Positions 38,410 through 53,485 of a stretch of DNA of 64,000 nt are shown here, in pieces. Where the stretch lies: assembly GCF_006345805.1 (NCBI RefSeq), contig NC_042997.1, positions 70,122,001-70,186,000 on the forward strand, given 5' to 3'. Origin of the DNA: Octopus sinensis (taxonomy: Eukaryota). The notes under the pieces are model-generated. The model worked only from the letters and a program-made list of their open reading frames with translations, did not search any database and was not told the DNA's origin. The stretch's first letter is position 1. Each line of letters opens with the position of its first letter. A program made the translations under genes and the position numbers.

Positions 38410-38816
38410 GAATGTTTCAAATCTTTTCGAAATTTTACCTGTGAATCAGACAAGTTCTAGCCAAATGTCTAGTCAGATTGACACCAAAATGCCACGATAC
38501 TTCCCGGATATGTGACGCTATGCTACATACTATACGAAATTAATGAAGCAACGAGTCAGTTGACTGGCATCTAATAGAATCGAGCAGTAAGATATGCTTG
38601 TGTGGCGTACACACACACACACACACACACCACACACACACACACCACACACACACACACACACACACTCAGACACACAAACATACACCCGCAAATAAAT
38701 AGATGAACACTCACAGGCATATATATATATATACACACACATACATACAAACAATTATATATATACACACACACATACGTACATATATATATATATGTGT
38801 GTGCGTGTTTGTATGA

Positions 38817-38878
<62 letters not shown>

Positions 38879-39383
38879 GTGTGTGTGTGTATACATACTT
38901 ATGCACACGCACACATATATCCAGAAGATACATGCATGTATCTACGTGTGTATGTGTACATGTATGTGTGTGTGTCTGTGTCTGTGTGTGTGTCTTATTA
39001 CTAAATCTCTCCAGTTCCTGCCATCGGCTTTGTCACCATTTCTGTCATCAAGTGGGCGTAAATGATTCCGAAATGTCTAAGAATGCTCTGTATTACGAGG
39101 CTAAATAACTTGTTCTTTCGTTTTCACATAACAAAATGTTTGAGGGTAAAAATAAGAAGATAAAGGTAACAAATAAAGCAATCGCAGTCAGACAGTAAGA
39201 GACACATTGCCTTTCAGTCAACTATACAGAGTGTCATTCAAATAAAAACAATAAAATCCCGTGTTGAATGCATACGCATATAAGATCATCCATACATATG
39301 TTGTCGCGTGTGTGCGTGTGTTCGTACATACATAAAAAGATTCATACACATACACACGCACACACATATACATACATCCATCC

Positions 39384-39447
<64 letters not shown>

Positions 39448-39750
39448 TATATATGTCTGTGTGTGTGTATGTGTGTGTGTGTGTGTGTGAGTGTGCGTCC
39501 GCACAGTGTTTGTGTATGTATGCATATTTCGCATGTTTATTGATGGATATATGTAAGATCTTTTTTGCATGAGACAAAGAAAGTGTGTGTGCATACATGC
39601 ACGCACACCTTCCCACACGCATTAAAAGTTGTACTTTATATTTGCATACATACACCCAGTTACATACTTACCTATATATATGTATACATATATGCGTGTA
39701 TACATACGTGCACATATACATACATACATACACGAACACACACACACACA

Positions 39751-39822
<72 letters not shown>

Positions 39823-40149
39823 GTATGTATATACGCATCTGTATATATGTAAGTGTTTGTGTGTATAGATGTGTACGAGAGTGGGAATATTGTTTATTTT
39901 GTGTATGCTTAAAGACCAGTATCCCGTGACACAGAGGTTGCGGAGGGTTTATTATGAATTAACAATTTTTCCCACATCGGATGTTTCTTCCAATCATATG
40001 TCACTTATCCGAAAGAAATCTTTTACATTAATGAGTTAAATTTATCCCATTTCTGATATCTCTGATGAGGTAGGGCGTTTTCCCAATCGAAACCCGCGAA
40101 CGAGGAATGTGTGTATATGTGTGTGTGTTTGGGCCTGCGTGTGGATGTG

Positions 40150-40750
40150 GCATAGTCTGAATGAAGAGTTAGTGACTATTCTGTCCTTTGCAACCCCACC
40201 TCATACCAGTGACATTGATGCACATGGTGTCGATCAACGTCTGCGAAAAATTATGAGCAGAAAAGTTCAGGGACCAAGATTCAGGGGATACAATGGCAGT
40301 GCGGCAGATCCACTTGTAACTGGAGGAAACGATACAAGTGAGACGGAAATGACTAAGCGGGGATGACATGTCCCAGCCCACTTCGAGGAGCAGAAGCCAT
40401 TATAGTAGCGGTTGATTAGCAATATTGGGGAGATCAAGCGCCTGTAGTTCAGATGCTAGAGTGTACTTCAGAGTGATTTTATGTCAGACAATCGGGTGGT
40501 TGTTTTCTGGATGTGATCTATAAAATCCATATTTGAAGTGGCACCACCCGTCTGAATATGGAGCAATACTGCATTGTAGGTATCACCTGAGCATTAAGCC
40601 CAGATTTCGCGATGCAGTGTTACATATGTGAAGAATGTACTTTTGCCAAGAGGTCCATTGTTAAAGTAAGATGAATCAATTGGAGCACCTTTGAAGAATC
40701 TGTGCTACTCATGGTGACTGAGAGAATATTCAAATGGTGTCATGCCAAGT
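40150..40750 (-). pseudogene. CR1/L2-group LINE RT 3' remnant
   Basis: With frameshifts: QVIPTMQYCS..GGATSNMDFIDHIQKTTTRL and NRYYNGFCSS, matching the CR1/L2 motifs RPxxEYCSHIW..LDxIQxxAxRL and YRYYNGxCS. Confidence 0.6.
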
Positions 40751-40776
40751 AAACACCATATATATATTATATATAT

Positions 40777-40831
<55 letters not shown>

Positions 40832-40886
40832 TATATATAGATAGATAGATACAAAGGCAGACAGACAGTCAAACAGACAGACAGAC

Positions 40887-40934
<48 letters not shown>

Positions 40935-41310
40935 GGATAGATAGATAGATAGATAGATTGATAGATAGATAGATAATGTGTGTATGTCTGTGTAAACAAT
41001 GATGCACGTAAACAAATAAACATCTTGGCTCTGTTATTATTTGCTTTGTCTATTTGCATCTTTGTCTCCATAACTGCTCACCTGGATTCCTCTTTTAACT
41101 ATTCTTTACCCCGCGGACTTTGTTCTCGGTAAAGGTTTTGAGTATAATTTCAAATCACCTGAGCGTTAGTAAGTGTTTTCGGTATTGAGAAATTGTGGAT
41201 CTCGTCTGTTGATTCAATACACACACACACACACGCATGCACGCGCGCGCAAACAAACACACACACACACACACGCACAAATAGATTGATACATATATAT
41301 ATATATATAT

Positions 41311-41533
41311 TTCTTTACTACCCACAAGGGCTAAACACAGACGGACAAACAAGACAGAAGAACGATTAAGTCGATTATATCGACCCCAGTGTGTAACTGG
41401 TACTTAATTTATCGACCCCGAAAGGATGAAAGGCAAAGTCGACCTCGGCGGAATTTGAACTCGGAACGTGACGACAGACGAAATACAGCTACGCATTTCG
41501 CCCGGCGTGCTAACGTTTCTGCCAGCTCGCCGC
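41311..41533 (-). mobile_element. Abundant SINE family, near-intact copy
   Basis: Full family sequence from ggcggcgagctggcagaaacgttagcacgccgggcgaaatgc to tgtgggtagtaaagaaat. Confidence 0.9.
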
Positions 41534-41707
41534 CTATATATACATATATATATATATATATACATACATGCATACATATACACATACACGAATATATGTG
41601 TACATGTGTATACAATCTTATGTCCACACTCAGGTGCATAAATACATACATACATACGTATATATGTGTGTATGTGTGAGTGTACAGGTATATGTATGTG
41701 TGTGTGT

Positions 41708-41755
<48 letters not shown>

Positions 41756-42298
41756 GCATATATGTCTGTGAGCACACACAACACGCATGCACACACACGC
41801 ACACATATTATCTTTTAAATCACCACATAAGCGTGCCTTAGTCAAGTGTTCTCTGGCCAGAGAACCAGATGTACATTCAAGTAAAGATAGTATTTTCCCC
41901 GTGTTTTACCATACTTACAACTGTACAAAGATTGCTGCTAATTAATTGACACGACATCCTTGAATGCCAGTCGATATATGCTGTTATATGCTGCTATGTT
42001 ATATGTAATATTGTTGTTCAACAGAACCGGAAATATCTGTTCGCTACGCCAATATGCAACTAATGATCTCTCGAGTTTCATATCTGATAATGAGGTATGA
42101 GTGATATTTTTAAGTTGTGTATGCTTGTACATATATGTGTGTGGCTGCGTTATCGCATATCTATATGTGCTTTTGTTTATATTTGTGCGTATGAGGAGGT
42201 TTGTGTGTCTGATTAATTTTGCACATCTGCTAGTGTGTGTTTGCGCGTGTGCGTCTTGTATGTTTGTGTGTGTATGTGTATATACATACATATATATA

Positions 42299-42395
<97 letters not shown>

Positions 42396-42627
42396 GTGTG
42401 TGCGTGTGCGTGTGTGTGTGTGTGTGTATACATCTATAATTTTGTACGCTTGTTTATATGGATATAAGGTAGCTTGTTTAGTTGTGCTCTCCCGTTTCTC
42501 TGCTAATGTCCGTACATGTGTATCTGCGTGTTTAAATATGTATGTATATGTTTTTATGAATGTTTGATAATAAGATTATACTTTTGCAGTATTGGAGTTA
42601 GTAATTGTGAAAACAGGAAGGTATGTA

Positions 42628-42681
<54 letters not shown>

Positions 42682-43069
42682 CAGCAGCAGCAGACTTGCA
42701 ATTGCATTTATCGTTTTTGTTGTTGCTGTGTGGGTGCAGTTGTAGAGATATAACTCCTTAAAGTTCCAGTGATAATGAGGTTTAAGATAATTGTGTTGTT
42801 CATATTAACTAATATTAGCATAACTTCAGCATACGTCTGATATAGGATTGACCGATCAAACGGAATGTTCGTTCTTCATTTTCAGTTAATATAATGTTAT
42901 TATTTCGACCACATTCATTCTACTTGACGTAAATTTAGACACAAATTCTAATAACCACCATCCCTAACGCTGTTCCAATATTAGACATCAATATTTCATT
43001 AAATTATATCTTAATTTGATATAAAAAATGATTGCAGCTTTTATCATTATTTTTATTTTGACAGGACGG

Positions 43070-43270
43070 TAAGCTGGTAGCTGCGTTAGCGAGTCAGACA
43101 AAATGGTTAGCGGCATTTCTTCTGGTTCTTTATGTCTTGTGTTCAAATTCCCTCGAGTTCGATATTGCCTTCCATATTTTCACAGTTGATAAAATAAAAA
43201 CCAGTTGAACACTTGTGTCGATGAAATTGATTTGCCCCCCTCTCTAAAAAAACTGCTAACCATATGCCAA
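43070..43270 (+). mobile_element. Abundant SINE family, diverged
   Basis: caaaatggttagcggcatttc..gttcaaattcc..gccttccat..gataaaataaaaaccagttg. Confidence 0.7.
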
Positions 43271-43434
43271 AATTTTAAATCATTATTCTAATGCATGTGT
43301 TTGTCAATAAACATTTAACTTTGGTCAAATAACATAACATTTGAAATGCAAATTTATTTTAAGGACCTTAACTTCATTGCTTATTCCTCCTTGTTTTAGG
43401 CTGTTAAATCAAAGTTGATAAAAAAAAATAAATA

Positions 43435-44375
43435 AAAAGGAAAATTTGAGTGATTTTATTGTACGAGTTCAAAACACAACACAAATATGTTGAAACCGCT
43501 GGTAAAATGAAGCAAATAAACTAGGAGACCATCAAAGAATGTATAACTGAACATTGATTCCAAAGATTTCACAGAAGTATTTGTCAAAATTTTTGAAGAT
43601 GAGGTAAGTCCTGGACGATCACCTGTAATTCGCCAATCGATTCTATGATGACAAATTGAGTGCGTTAATAAATCAGACGCTAGTAAAACAACTTGAAAAG
43701 TTTTATTACTTAACGCTAACCATTTAACTGTTGTTGGAAATTTCGCTACACGGGTAAGTGAAAAAATAAATAAATAAAAATGTCAACATGGGCTCAATAA
43801 AAAATTGTTAGAGTATCGGAATTACCAAATCTGTTTTGTGCGTCTCTTTTGCAAAAGAAATCATTTCTTTACCGTATTTCGACATGTGACTAAAAGTTAA
43901 ATCCACGCAAAGAGTAAATCAAAGAGAAGCAGCTAGACGTTTTCCGAAACCGAAGCTGCATAAAAAGAAAATTATGGCCTCTATTTTAATGGTCAACAAG
44001 TAGAATCATCCACTATAATTTCTTCAGTACTACCGGTATCATCATGGCTGAGATGTATTTCCAAAACAATTAATACAATATTCCCAAAAGTTCCAGCCCA
44101 TCATTGCTCAATCAGAAATGATCGATTCTTTTTTTGTGGCAACGTCTGAACATGTCTCGCAAATGACAGAAACAGAACGGACTGCAATAAAATATTCTTC
44201 CTCACTCAGCTTCTCTCTAGATCTCTCACTGATGACTACTGTGTTTTCAAACATCTCGAAAACTTCCAGCCAAAGATGGCCTTCAACTGCCAAGCAGCAC
44301 GAAATATTTTGAAGAAATTGCAGGTTTCAGAACTCCAGAATTCTATTTCATGCTGGTAAAAAGATGCAAATTTTA
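43435..44375 (+). pseudogene. Mariner (DD34D, Hsmar1/cecropia-like) transposase pseudogene
   Basis: I*VILLYEFK; EDEVSPGRS; RRFPKPKLHKKKIMASI..IIHYNF; HVSQMT; LPHS..DLS..DYCVFKHLENF. Heavily frameshifted. Confidence 0.8.
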
Positions 44376-44929
44376 GTGGTATATCGCTTTTAGTGGTGTA
44401 TCGATTTTAGTGGTGTATTGAGGAGTATCGCTTCAAATATGAGTATTAAAAATCCCAGTTATTTTCGCACTACTCTCAGTTACAGGTTCCCATAAACAGA
44501 TATAATGGTTATGGTTGGAAAAAGATTATCACCAAACTTCTGCTGGTTCGGTGTTGTTTCGGGCTAAATAACATCATAGCTGATATTGAATCCTCATCCA
44601 TCGACAATAGAAGGCAAATTCAATCACAATGGAGTTTCAACAGTGGACATACAGGGGAGTAATACCTGTAATGTATTTTGTCAAGTGATCTACTAACTCT
44701 TCCCTCCATAATCCAAAAATGATTTTTAATATGAGCACTGAACCTCAAATTTGGGCAATATTATCATCAAATCTAGAAAAACAGACTGCTATGGTACTTA
44801 TGTTACCAGCCCCGTAGGGATGAATGACAAAGCAGATCATGGTAGCGTAAGAATTTAGAATAAAGTAGCGCAAGTTATTTGGTTTCTTGCACTACCTCTT
44901 CTACCATTCAATCTCAACAATCATGAAGA

Positions 44930-44985
<56 letters not shown>

Positions 44986-45439
44986 GTTCTACTACTACTA
45001 CTACTGCTGCTACTGCTGCTGCTGCTACTACTGCCGCTGCTACTACTACCACCATCACAAACAACAACAATAAATATTGATAATAATGATGATGATGATG
45101 ATGATTTTTTATTGACTACAAAGGGTTTACATTAAGAAAAACATTATGGACAACACAGGACAAATCACTGAGCGTGTGCGTGCATGCCAGTACGTCTGTA
45201 ATATTTTGACGGCTTTGCACGTGTATAGGTTTAAAAAAATAGTAATTACATTTAGCAATAGGGAGGAGACGTTCGCGGGATGTTCATGGAAATCCCCCCA
45301 AAAACCACTTGTGCCCCAACTTCTGGAACATGCGTTTTCTCAGTTTCTTATATCCGATTTACTGGCGTATGCTCCAAGCGGGCCTGTTCATTCTCGCACC
45401 ATACTCGCCACTCTCATCTACCTTTAAGTAAAACGGCTA

Positions 45440-45965
45440 GAAGACAACACTTCCCTCTCCATCCTTTGAAGAAGTTCATGAGGTGTCGACCAAAGAGGAA
45501 ACTGTTTATCTTCAGCCACTTCGATTTCGGTCACCATACATCCTCTTTCGCCATGGCCACCAGGAATATGAAAGCTGTCTGCCCTTCTCAGTTAAAAGAA
45601 GTAGGCGGGGCGATCTTCGCGATGGATTTAGTTGATAGACAGATCCGTCCCACATGCTACGCCATGTGTTCTTCATAAACCATCAGCAATGCTCGGGCAC
45701 TGGACGAATTCGTAGAAGATAGTTTTCTCATCTTCGCGCATCTGGAGCACGCTCGGAAGACAATACTTCTGGGTCTGCTGAGTTTATCTCGAATTAGGGA
45801 TGCTCCCCAGCAGTACTTTCAAACTAGGGTATTCTGGAAGTTATCCATCGGTTCTAGTCCGAAAGCTCACAGGAAGAAAGCGGATAGTTGACAGCGTTTG
45901 ACACTCAGGGTTTCTCCTAATATGTCCTCGCACTTTCCGCCACTAATCCTCTATAAAACTCTAAA
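45440..45965 (-). pseudogene. L1/Tx1-clade LINE ORF2 C-terminal remnant
   Basis: LIRDKLSR..ACSRC..FVQCPSIAD (CCHC-like) and FN*EGQTAFIFLVAMAKEDVW..FGRHLMNFFK. Confidence 0.5.
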
Positions 45966-48057
45966 GTGGATTTTCCATATATTGCTGTGCCCGAGTGACT
46001 GAGGGCTGTAAGAGCTTGAAGGCATTCCCCTTTCCAAACGCTTTCTCTCTATTTCTTTTTGATTCAAGTCTGCAGTATAATAATAATAGTTTCCAATTAA
46101 CGAAGAAGGTAAGAATTTTCGTGCTTCTATAGGGATTGATCAATACCGACGACTACTGCATTTACTAACTATTTTATCTTGTGGACTCTGAAAGGATGCA
46201 AAATTGATCTCCGTGTGATTTGAACTGAAAATGTGTAGCGCGCGAAGAAATGATGCAAAGCGTTTTAGCGATGCTATAACGAAGTAATTATGGTAATCAG
46301 GAGCAGGATTAGCTGTAGCACTGGCAGCAGCAGCAGCAGCAGCAGCAGAAGAAGAAGAAGAAGAAGAAGAAGAAGAAGAAGAAGAAGAAGAAGAAGAAGA
46401 AGAAGAAGAAGAATACAAGGGCTAGATGAGTATGAGGGAGAGGAAGGGGAGGAGATATTTACGGAATCTGCCAGACTTTATCAGGTGATGATAACGCTAG
46501 CTATTTCATAGAGAAAATTTGACTGACGTGGATTCCTGCGCGTGTTAAATGCTTTATCTTCGGGCAAACTAGTCTTTCATTTAGTTGTTTTATTTATTTA
46601 CTTGTTATTTGTATGTTTGACACGAACCATTGTTTTTGACATAAAATGTCTGTTGGACCTGCTGTGGAATGGCCAGATTAATGACATGTAATTGGTAATA
46701 GAGCTCGGGTATGTATACAAAAACTAAGAAACTTTAATTTCCAATGTTGTTTAGTTTGGGATGTATCACTATCCCCATACTTGTGTAAGGTCGTTTGAAA
46801 ATATGGTAAATCTATTAGAATCGACATCACCAATTCCATCCCCACCCCCATTGCTATTATCACCCCTCGAGACTGTGAAAGAGCTTCTACGTTGTCACTC
46901 AACATGCTAGAAATAATTCTCCTATCTCCATTAAATAAAACCCTTGTACCTCAAGAAAAGAAGAACACAGATAACTTAGATGAAGAGATGATGTGTCTAA
47001 AGAGAAGCGACATGATCCAAACTGGGACAGCTTTGATAATATGCAGGCTTGAACCTAAATACCTTCAGCATCTCTACCGCCACCACTACTACTAACAATA
47101 TGCCCCTTCTTCGACCCTTCCTACTCACTGGGATAATTTCGTCGTCTTTGCTGTCGTCGTCATCATCATCATCATCATCATCCTCATCAACGTCATCGGG
47201 GAGGGGGTAAGTCGACTGCATCGACCCCAGTAATCAACTAGTACTGAATTTATCGACCTTGTTTAGATGAAAGGCAAATCGATCTCAATAAAATTTGGAC
47301 TCAGAACGTGATCTATTGCTAATATATTACGTAAACATAAGACGATGAGCTGGCAGAATTGCTAGCACGCCGGGCAAAATGCTATGACCCCTAGGGAATT
47401 ATAATTATTTATAATTATTTGTTCTGATGATTTTGAGATACTGTTCGTCGTAGTATTGTGTTTCTTTTTTGTATCCTGCACCTACATAGTAACATGTGTA
47501 TATACATTAAAAATGTACATACATGTGAACATGTGTAGATATACATACACACAAATAGGGGAGCGTACAAATAATACTTCTATACATACATACATACATA
47601 CATATATACATACATATACACATGCATACATACATACATACATACATACATACATACATACATACATACATACATACATACATACATACATACATACATA
47701 CATACATACATCTTTGACATATCTCTTACCATACCCTTAGGGCACCACAAGCCTTCAGAGAGAAACTATAGATCCAAACTGTGGAAGCCCATCGACTGCA
47801 CTGCGCGTTTATATCAAAAAGCTATACTTATCAGTCACCATCTTACACTGAGTGTGTGTACTAATTACATTAACAACTTCTATAGTATACTTAGCCACTT
47901 ATATTCGAGTTTAATAAGTTCGCAGTTCCGTCCATGGAAATAGAGTATCACATGTTCTTAACGAATTTACTAACTATTTTATCTTATGGACTCTGAAAGG
48001 ATGCAAGACTATCATATCGTATCATGTCTTATATATATATATATATATATATAATAT

Positions 48058-48146
<89 letters not shown>

Positions 48147-48450
48147 GTGTGTGTGTGTGTGTGTGTGTGTGTGTACATAATTAATAATATCAGGGTAATA
48201 AAGATTTTAGAAATTTTTACTACCGTGGCCTAGTGTATAGAAAAATTAGTCAATAGACTATATATTATTCATATTATTTTCATATATTTATATGAAAAGT
48301 ATATATATATAGAGAGAGATAAATAGATATAGATATACACACATATATATACACAATATATATATATACATATATATAACATATGTATATATATGTATGT
48401 AAGTATATATGTATGAATTGTATGTATGTATGTATGTATGTATGTATGTA

Positions 48451-48492
<42 letters not shown>

Positions 48493-48596
48493 ACTACATA
48501 CATACATACATATATACTTACATACATATATATACATATGTTATATATATGTATATATATATAGGTGTATATATATGTGTGTATATCTATATTATT

Positions 48597-48686
<90 letters not shown>

Positions 48687-49199
48687 AGAAATAGAGGAGA
48701 TAAAAAAAAGCGAGGTTCAAAAGAAAGAAAAATAATGGCAAAAATGCAAGAAAAGGAAAATAAAGAATTAAAGAAAGAAATGGAGTGGAAATGAAAGGCA
48801 GAACAGTGACAGAACTAGAGATGGAGTATTGGGACGTAAACAAATATAACCACTCATAGATAGAATTCCACTGAACAGGTGGCTTGTTTAGTTGAAATAC
48901 ATTTGACTCTTAACCAGTCCCGGGCAGTCTATACTAACGCCTATTATCTGAGTCACTTGCTCCTACATCAAATGAGGTCGTGTATTTCATGTAGAACAAA
49001 ATTACAGTCAGAGAAAGGGTCAGATCCCTCCCAAGAGTTAACAGAACTCTTCATTTCCTCTTTGCTAAACCATCTGTGATTTTATTATTTATTTACGTAT
49101 TGTTTTAAGTGTTTAGTCAGAATGTCTTTCGAGAAATTAGCTTAGTCGCAAGCACATCAATCCGATTGTGGTTTACGTATTTGATGTTCAAATTCCATA

Positions 49200-49560
49200 T
49201 CTGTACTCCAAATTCAGAAGTAACATTTGAGAACAAAGGAAATTTGACTGATACCGGTGATCTGACATGCCGAGGAGAAAGAACTCGACATACTACTCAG
49301 CGGAGGACCTGGTATTTCAGGAACAATAATGATTTCATTGTTGTTACTTTGTCTTCCCAATTAATCCTAACAGTATGTGGGTGGTCATTCGTACTAGTGA
49401 ATACTGTCAACATATCCATTTCTCCCGATAAAACATGCCTCCTATCAGTTTGGGATTACATCACAAACTCTAAAATGCAGCGATTTTATTCAGTCGGCTG
49501 CAGTGTGAGGGTACAACATGTTATCATTTCTCTTCTACCCGTCACATCCTGTAAGATTAT
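49200..49560 (-). pseudogene. Possible decayed RTE LINE fragment
   Basis: RINWEDKVT(x)NEII resembles the RTE motif IxWxDKxTNxEVL; little else is readable. Confidence 0.35.
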
Positions 49561-50258
49561 CGTTTTCGCCGTCGTCATCATCTTTTTAGCGTTTTATTTA
49601 TTTATTTATTTATTTTGCTTTTGAGACTGTAGTTTGTGGTCAGAGAGACTTTAGCTTGTTATCTTTAGCAAGTAGAGAAACCTCATATAGTTGGAGCTCT
49701 CTCTATATAGTTGTTTGTCTAGTTGATAGTTCTTTGTATAGCTGGTAGTCGAAAGTTTGCTGTTGGTCTTCACTTAGTTCTGGTGATATGTACACGAAAC
49801 ATGCTTGAGTAATGATTATGACATTGAAGCTTCTGTTACAGGCACATTTGATTACTGATAATGAATGTGTTAATGTATGTGTATATCTTGTACGGATGTG
49901 TGATTATGCTTGCTTTATGTGTATATACTCGTATATTCACGATCTTTTGTATATGGTTTGAAACAATAATTCGTTTGTGTGCGGGCTACTGTGTGTGTGT
50001 GTGTATATGCGTAAGCATATACATGTATTTATGCATTTATATAAGTCATACGTGTGAGTGTGTGTTTGAATGTGTGATATCTGTTTCTCAAAACATATGT
50101 GTTTATAAGCTATAACAAATAAATGCTGCTCTAAAGCACCAAGTTAATTGTGGTGAATAACCCCGATGTTTACCGTCTTAAACACATCCGCCGACAAAAT
50201 AGTACACAAATATGAATAAAGTATCTCTGACAAATGTTTAAAAAAATGGCGTGAGCAA

Positions 50259-50335
<77 letters not shown>

Positions 50336-50440
50336 CTTTCTCTCTCTCTCTCTCACTAATATATATATATACACACACATCTATGCATATATACATGTCT
50401 GTATGTATGTATGTATGTATGTATGTATGTATGTATGTAT

Positions 50441-50480
<40 letters not shown>

Positions 50481-50892
50481 TATATATACATACACACACA
50501 TGTATATACACACACACTCATGTTCACATACATATATGTAGGTTGTATATATATATATAAATATGTAAACATTATCAGTCGCACATACGTACTGTATGTG
50601 CTTTGCTTATACGCAAATTTGATGCGGGATAGAGTCCAGGGAAAGCACTTTACATGACGTCGAGTGTTAAAGGACACCTGAGTGGCAAACACCAGGCAAG
50701 GCAATTCGTCTCGGAATCACCGAGATTTCGTAATCTAATTTTCTTATACATATCTCCTTCTCTCCTTCTCTTTCTCTTTCTCTCTCTCTCCCTCTCTCTC
50801 TTCCTCTCTCTCTCTATATATATATGTGTGTGTGTACGCGCGCCTGTGTCTGTATGTCTGTGTGTATAAAGTGTGTGTGTGCGTATACCAAC

Positions 50893-51055
50893 CAACCTAC
50901 CTACCTACCTACCTACCTACCTACCTACCTACCTACCTACCTACCTACCTACCTACCTACCTACCTACCTACCTACCTACATACATACATACATACATAC
51001 ATACATACATACATACATACATACATACGTACATACATACATACATACATACATA
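50893..51055. repeat. (CTAC)n(ATAC)n microsatellite
   Basis: Directly visible. Confidence 0.95.
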
Positions 51056-51528
51056 TCAACTTGTGCTCGAGTACAGCCAGTTCTAGCAAAGATCTTCTTT
51101 GGGTATTACCTTGCCGAAAAGTAAGACGAGATCAGCCCCCAAAACAGTCTGCTGACAAGTTCTAGAATTTGACAACGGTGTGAAATTATTAGATGACCAG
51201 TGTTCTCACTGAAAACGGCTGCTCAGATACGTGAGATGTTGCCACATCTCTTTATCCCTTGAATTTGGAAAAGAAGCGACCAATATCCCACATTCGTCTA
51301 GTTTTACAATCATATACTACCCATTTGTATAGCCCGAAGGTTCATCAACTCACTTTCGTCGCAGGATCATGTCTATCTATTGTGTTTCCAAGAATTACTA
51401 TACTTTAAATTGTTTATAGTGAGTTAAGTATGCACTATACTACATTCACATAGAACAGCTTTGCTCCTAGTAACTCGGCATTTCGTCATGCAACCAGTAA
51501 CTAAACGATGTTTTACATTAGGGCATAC

Positions 51529-51945
51529 TCTACGGAGAGCTTGCTGGGGGTACTAGGTCTGTGGGAAGACCGTTCTTACGATACAAGGATCTTTGCAAAA
51601 GAGACATGAAGGCCTGCGACATCAATATTAGCAACTGAGAAGCAGTTGCCAGCAGCCGTGGAGATTGGCGACGTAGCGTAAAAGAGGGAACACAAATGAG
51701 TGACAGAAGGAGAGAGGAGAAATGGAAAGACAAGAAAAGACGTCAACAAGAAACTATGACATTACAACCAGCCAAGTCTTCGCTTCATTTGCGGCACCTG
51801 CCAGAGGGAGTGTTTGTCCAAGATAGGACTACACAGCCGCAGCAGGAGATGTATTAGGACATGAAACGTAAAAGCCGGACTAGATTATTTTATGCGCAAA
51901 TCCATTGTCTCCCGAGACAAAAAGGATGCCAACAACAACAACAAG
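51529..51945 (+). mobile_element. RTE-BovB-type LINE 3' end
   Basis: YGELAGGTRSVGRPFLRYKDLCKRDMKACDINISN*EAVASSRGDWRRSVKEG; same family as 10078-10415; tail caacaacaacaa. Confidence 0.85.
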
Positions 51946-52486
51946 CCTTCTATTCAACAAGTATTCTAACATGTCATAGGGACCCATCGTGTGACGACCT
52001 CGCTTAACATTTCGTGTAGTTCTTCGCACCCTAACAATAAACGCTCGCTCTCGCATAACCTTGCGGACAGACATACACACACACGCACACACGCACACGC
52101 ACACACAGACACACACACACACACACACACACCACACACACACTCAGTGACTCACATTCAAATATGTGCACATGCATACAGGCTCACACACATGTATCTT
52201 CTTTGTGGTTATTTACAAATAAGCAGCAATGTTTAAAAAGTATTGAAATCGTATCAGCTGTTATTTATTTTATAAACATACACACACGCGCGCGCCTATA
52301 TCTATCTATCTATCTATCCATCTATCTATCTATCTATCTATGTATCTATCTATCTAAAATTATATACATACCCACACACATACACGCACAAACATACAGA
52401 AGGAGAAAGAGACAGACGGCCACACGAAAAGGAACAAAGATAGAGAGATAGAAAATAAGAAAGTAAGAAAGACAGAAAGAAAGAAA

Positions 52487-52517
<31 letters not shown>

Positions 52518-53092
52518 TACATGCTTCTTGCGTGTGATCCATTTTGTTCAAAGTCAATGATAGTCTGGTTGAAAAGATAGAGCTTATTTTATTATAGAGA
52601 TAATAGAGTCCGTGGTGGGTGGAAATCTCTCCAAATCAACAAATCAAAATTCCTTTGATAAGGCAAAAGTAAAATAAATACATGAATGAACGTTTCTTTC
52701 ATGATCATTCTGATAAAAACGAAAACAGACTCGCATATGCAGTTTTGTGTATGTGTGTTCGTGCATGTATGTATGTATTTGTTTAAATGAGTATATGATA
52801 CGTACATATCTATATTTATGCATGTGTGTGTACACAGATACACACATATGCTATTCATCTTCCTACATATTTATGAGTCAGTGTGCATATGCGTGTGTAT
52901 ATCACATGCGCACACAACACACTAATATGCCAGTGATCTTGGTAGTTAACAAACTGGAATGAGAGTACTCAATACGTCATGAAGAGTAATTTGTATTTAA
53001 AGTTAATTTGTCTGTATATATATAGTGTTAATAAAATGAAGTAGCATGAAACAATTGTACTGCTCTACCTTGGATGTCCTTGTTGAATATTT

Positions 53093-53204
<112 letters not shown>

Positions 53205-53412
53205 GTATGTATGTATGCATGTATGTATATATGTATGTATATATACTAAATTGAACTTACATTGAAAGTCAACAAACAGTTTGCTTTAGAAGCTTTGAGA
53301 TGTATTGAAAGATACAGATAAGGATATAATTTTATTCTCAAACGGAGGATAAAGCTAATAATATAGCATGAACAGGATAAACTACCCATATTTTGCAGAA
53401 AAATTTATCAAC

Positions 53413-53485
53413 GGCCAGTCATGTAACTCGAAATTACGTCCTTGTGATTACGCGTCAAGTGCGTTACCATTAAGCTAAACTGCCC
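53413..53485 (-). pseudogene. Degenerate tRNA-like sequence (anticodon loop CGT, Thr-like), probably a SINE head or tRNA pseudogene
   Basis: gggcagtttagcttaatggtaacgcacttgacgcgtaatcacaaggacgtaatttcgagttacatgactggcc; stems are imperfect. Confidence 0.45.

Noticed and set aside
40062-40093. CTGATGA-stem-GAAAC hammerhead-like core
   Set aside because: Stem II is plausible, but I could not close stems I and III in the right register.
44371-44421. 17-bp x3 repeat (also ~17-bp x4 at about 19418-19484 and 30-bp x3 at about 7270-7370) considered as a CRISPR-like or regulatory array
   Set aside because: Contiguous minisatellites without unique spacers; the 44.4-kb one is a local triplication of the mariner 3' end.
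44486-44662. 58-codon open frame after a possible AG acceptor (VPINRYNGYGWKK...)
   Set aside because: Weak pyrimidine tract, no good donor, no recognisable homology.
49109-49624. 171-aa ORF, one of the longest non-repetitive ORFs in the window
   Set aside because: No recognisable domain, a TTG/GTG-type start, and the opposite strand carries an RTE-like motif (RINWEDKVT). It is more likely an antisense shadow of a LINE relic.
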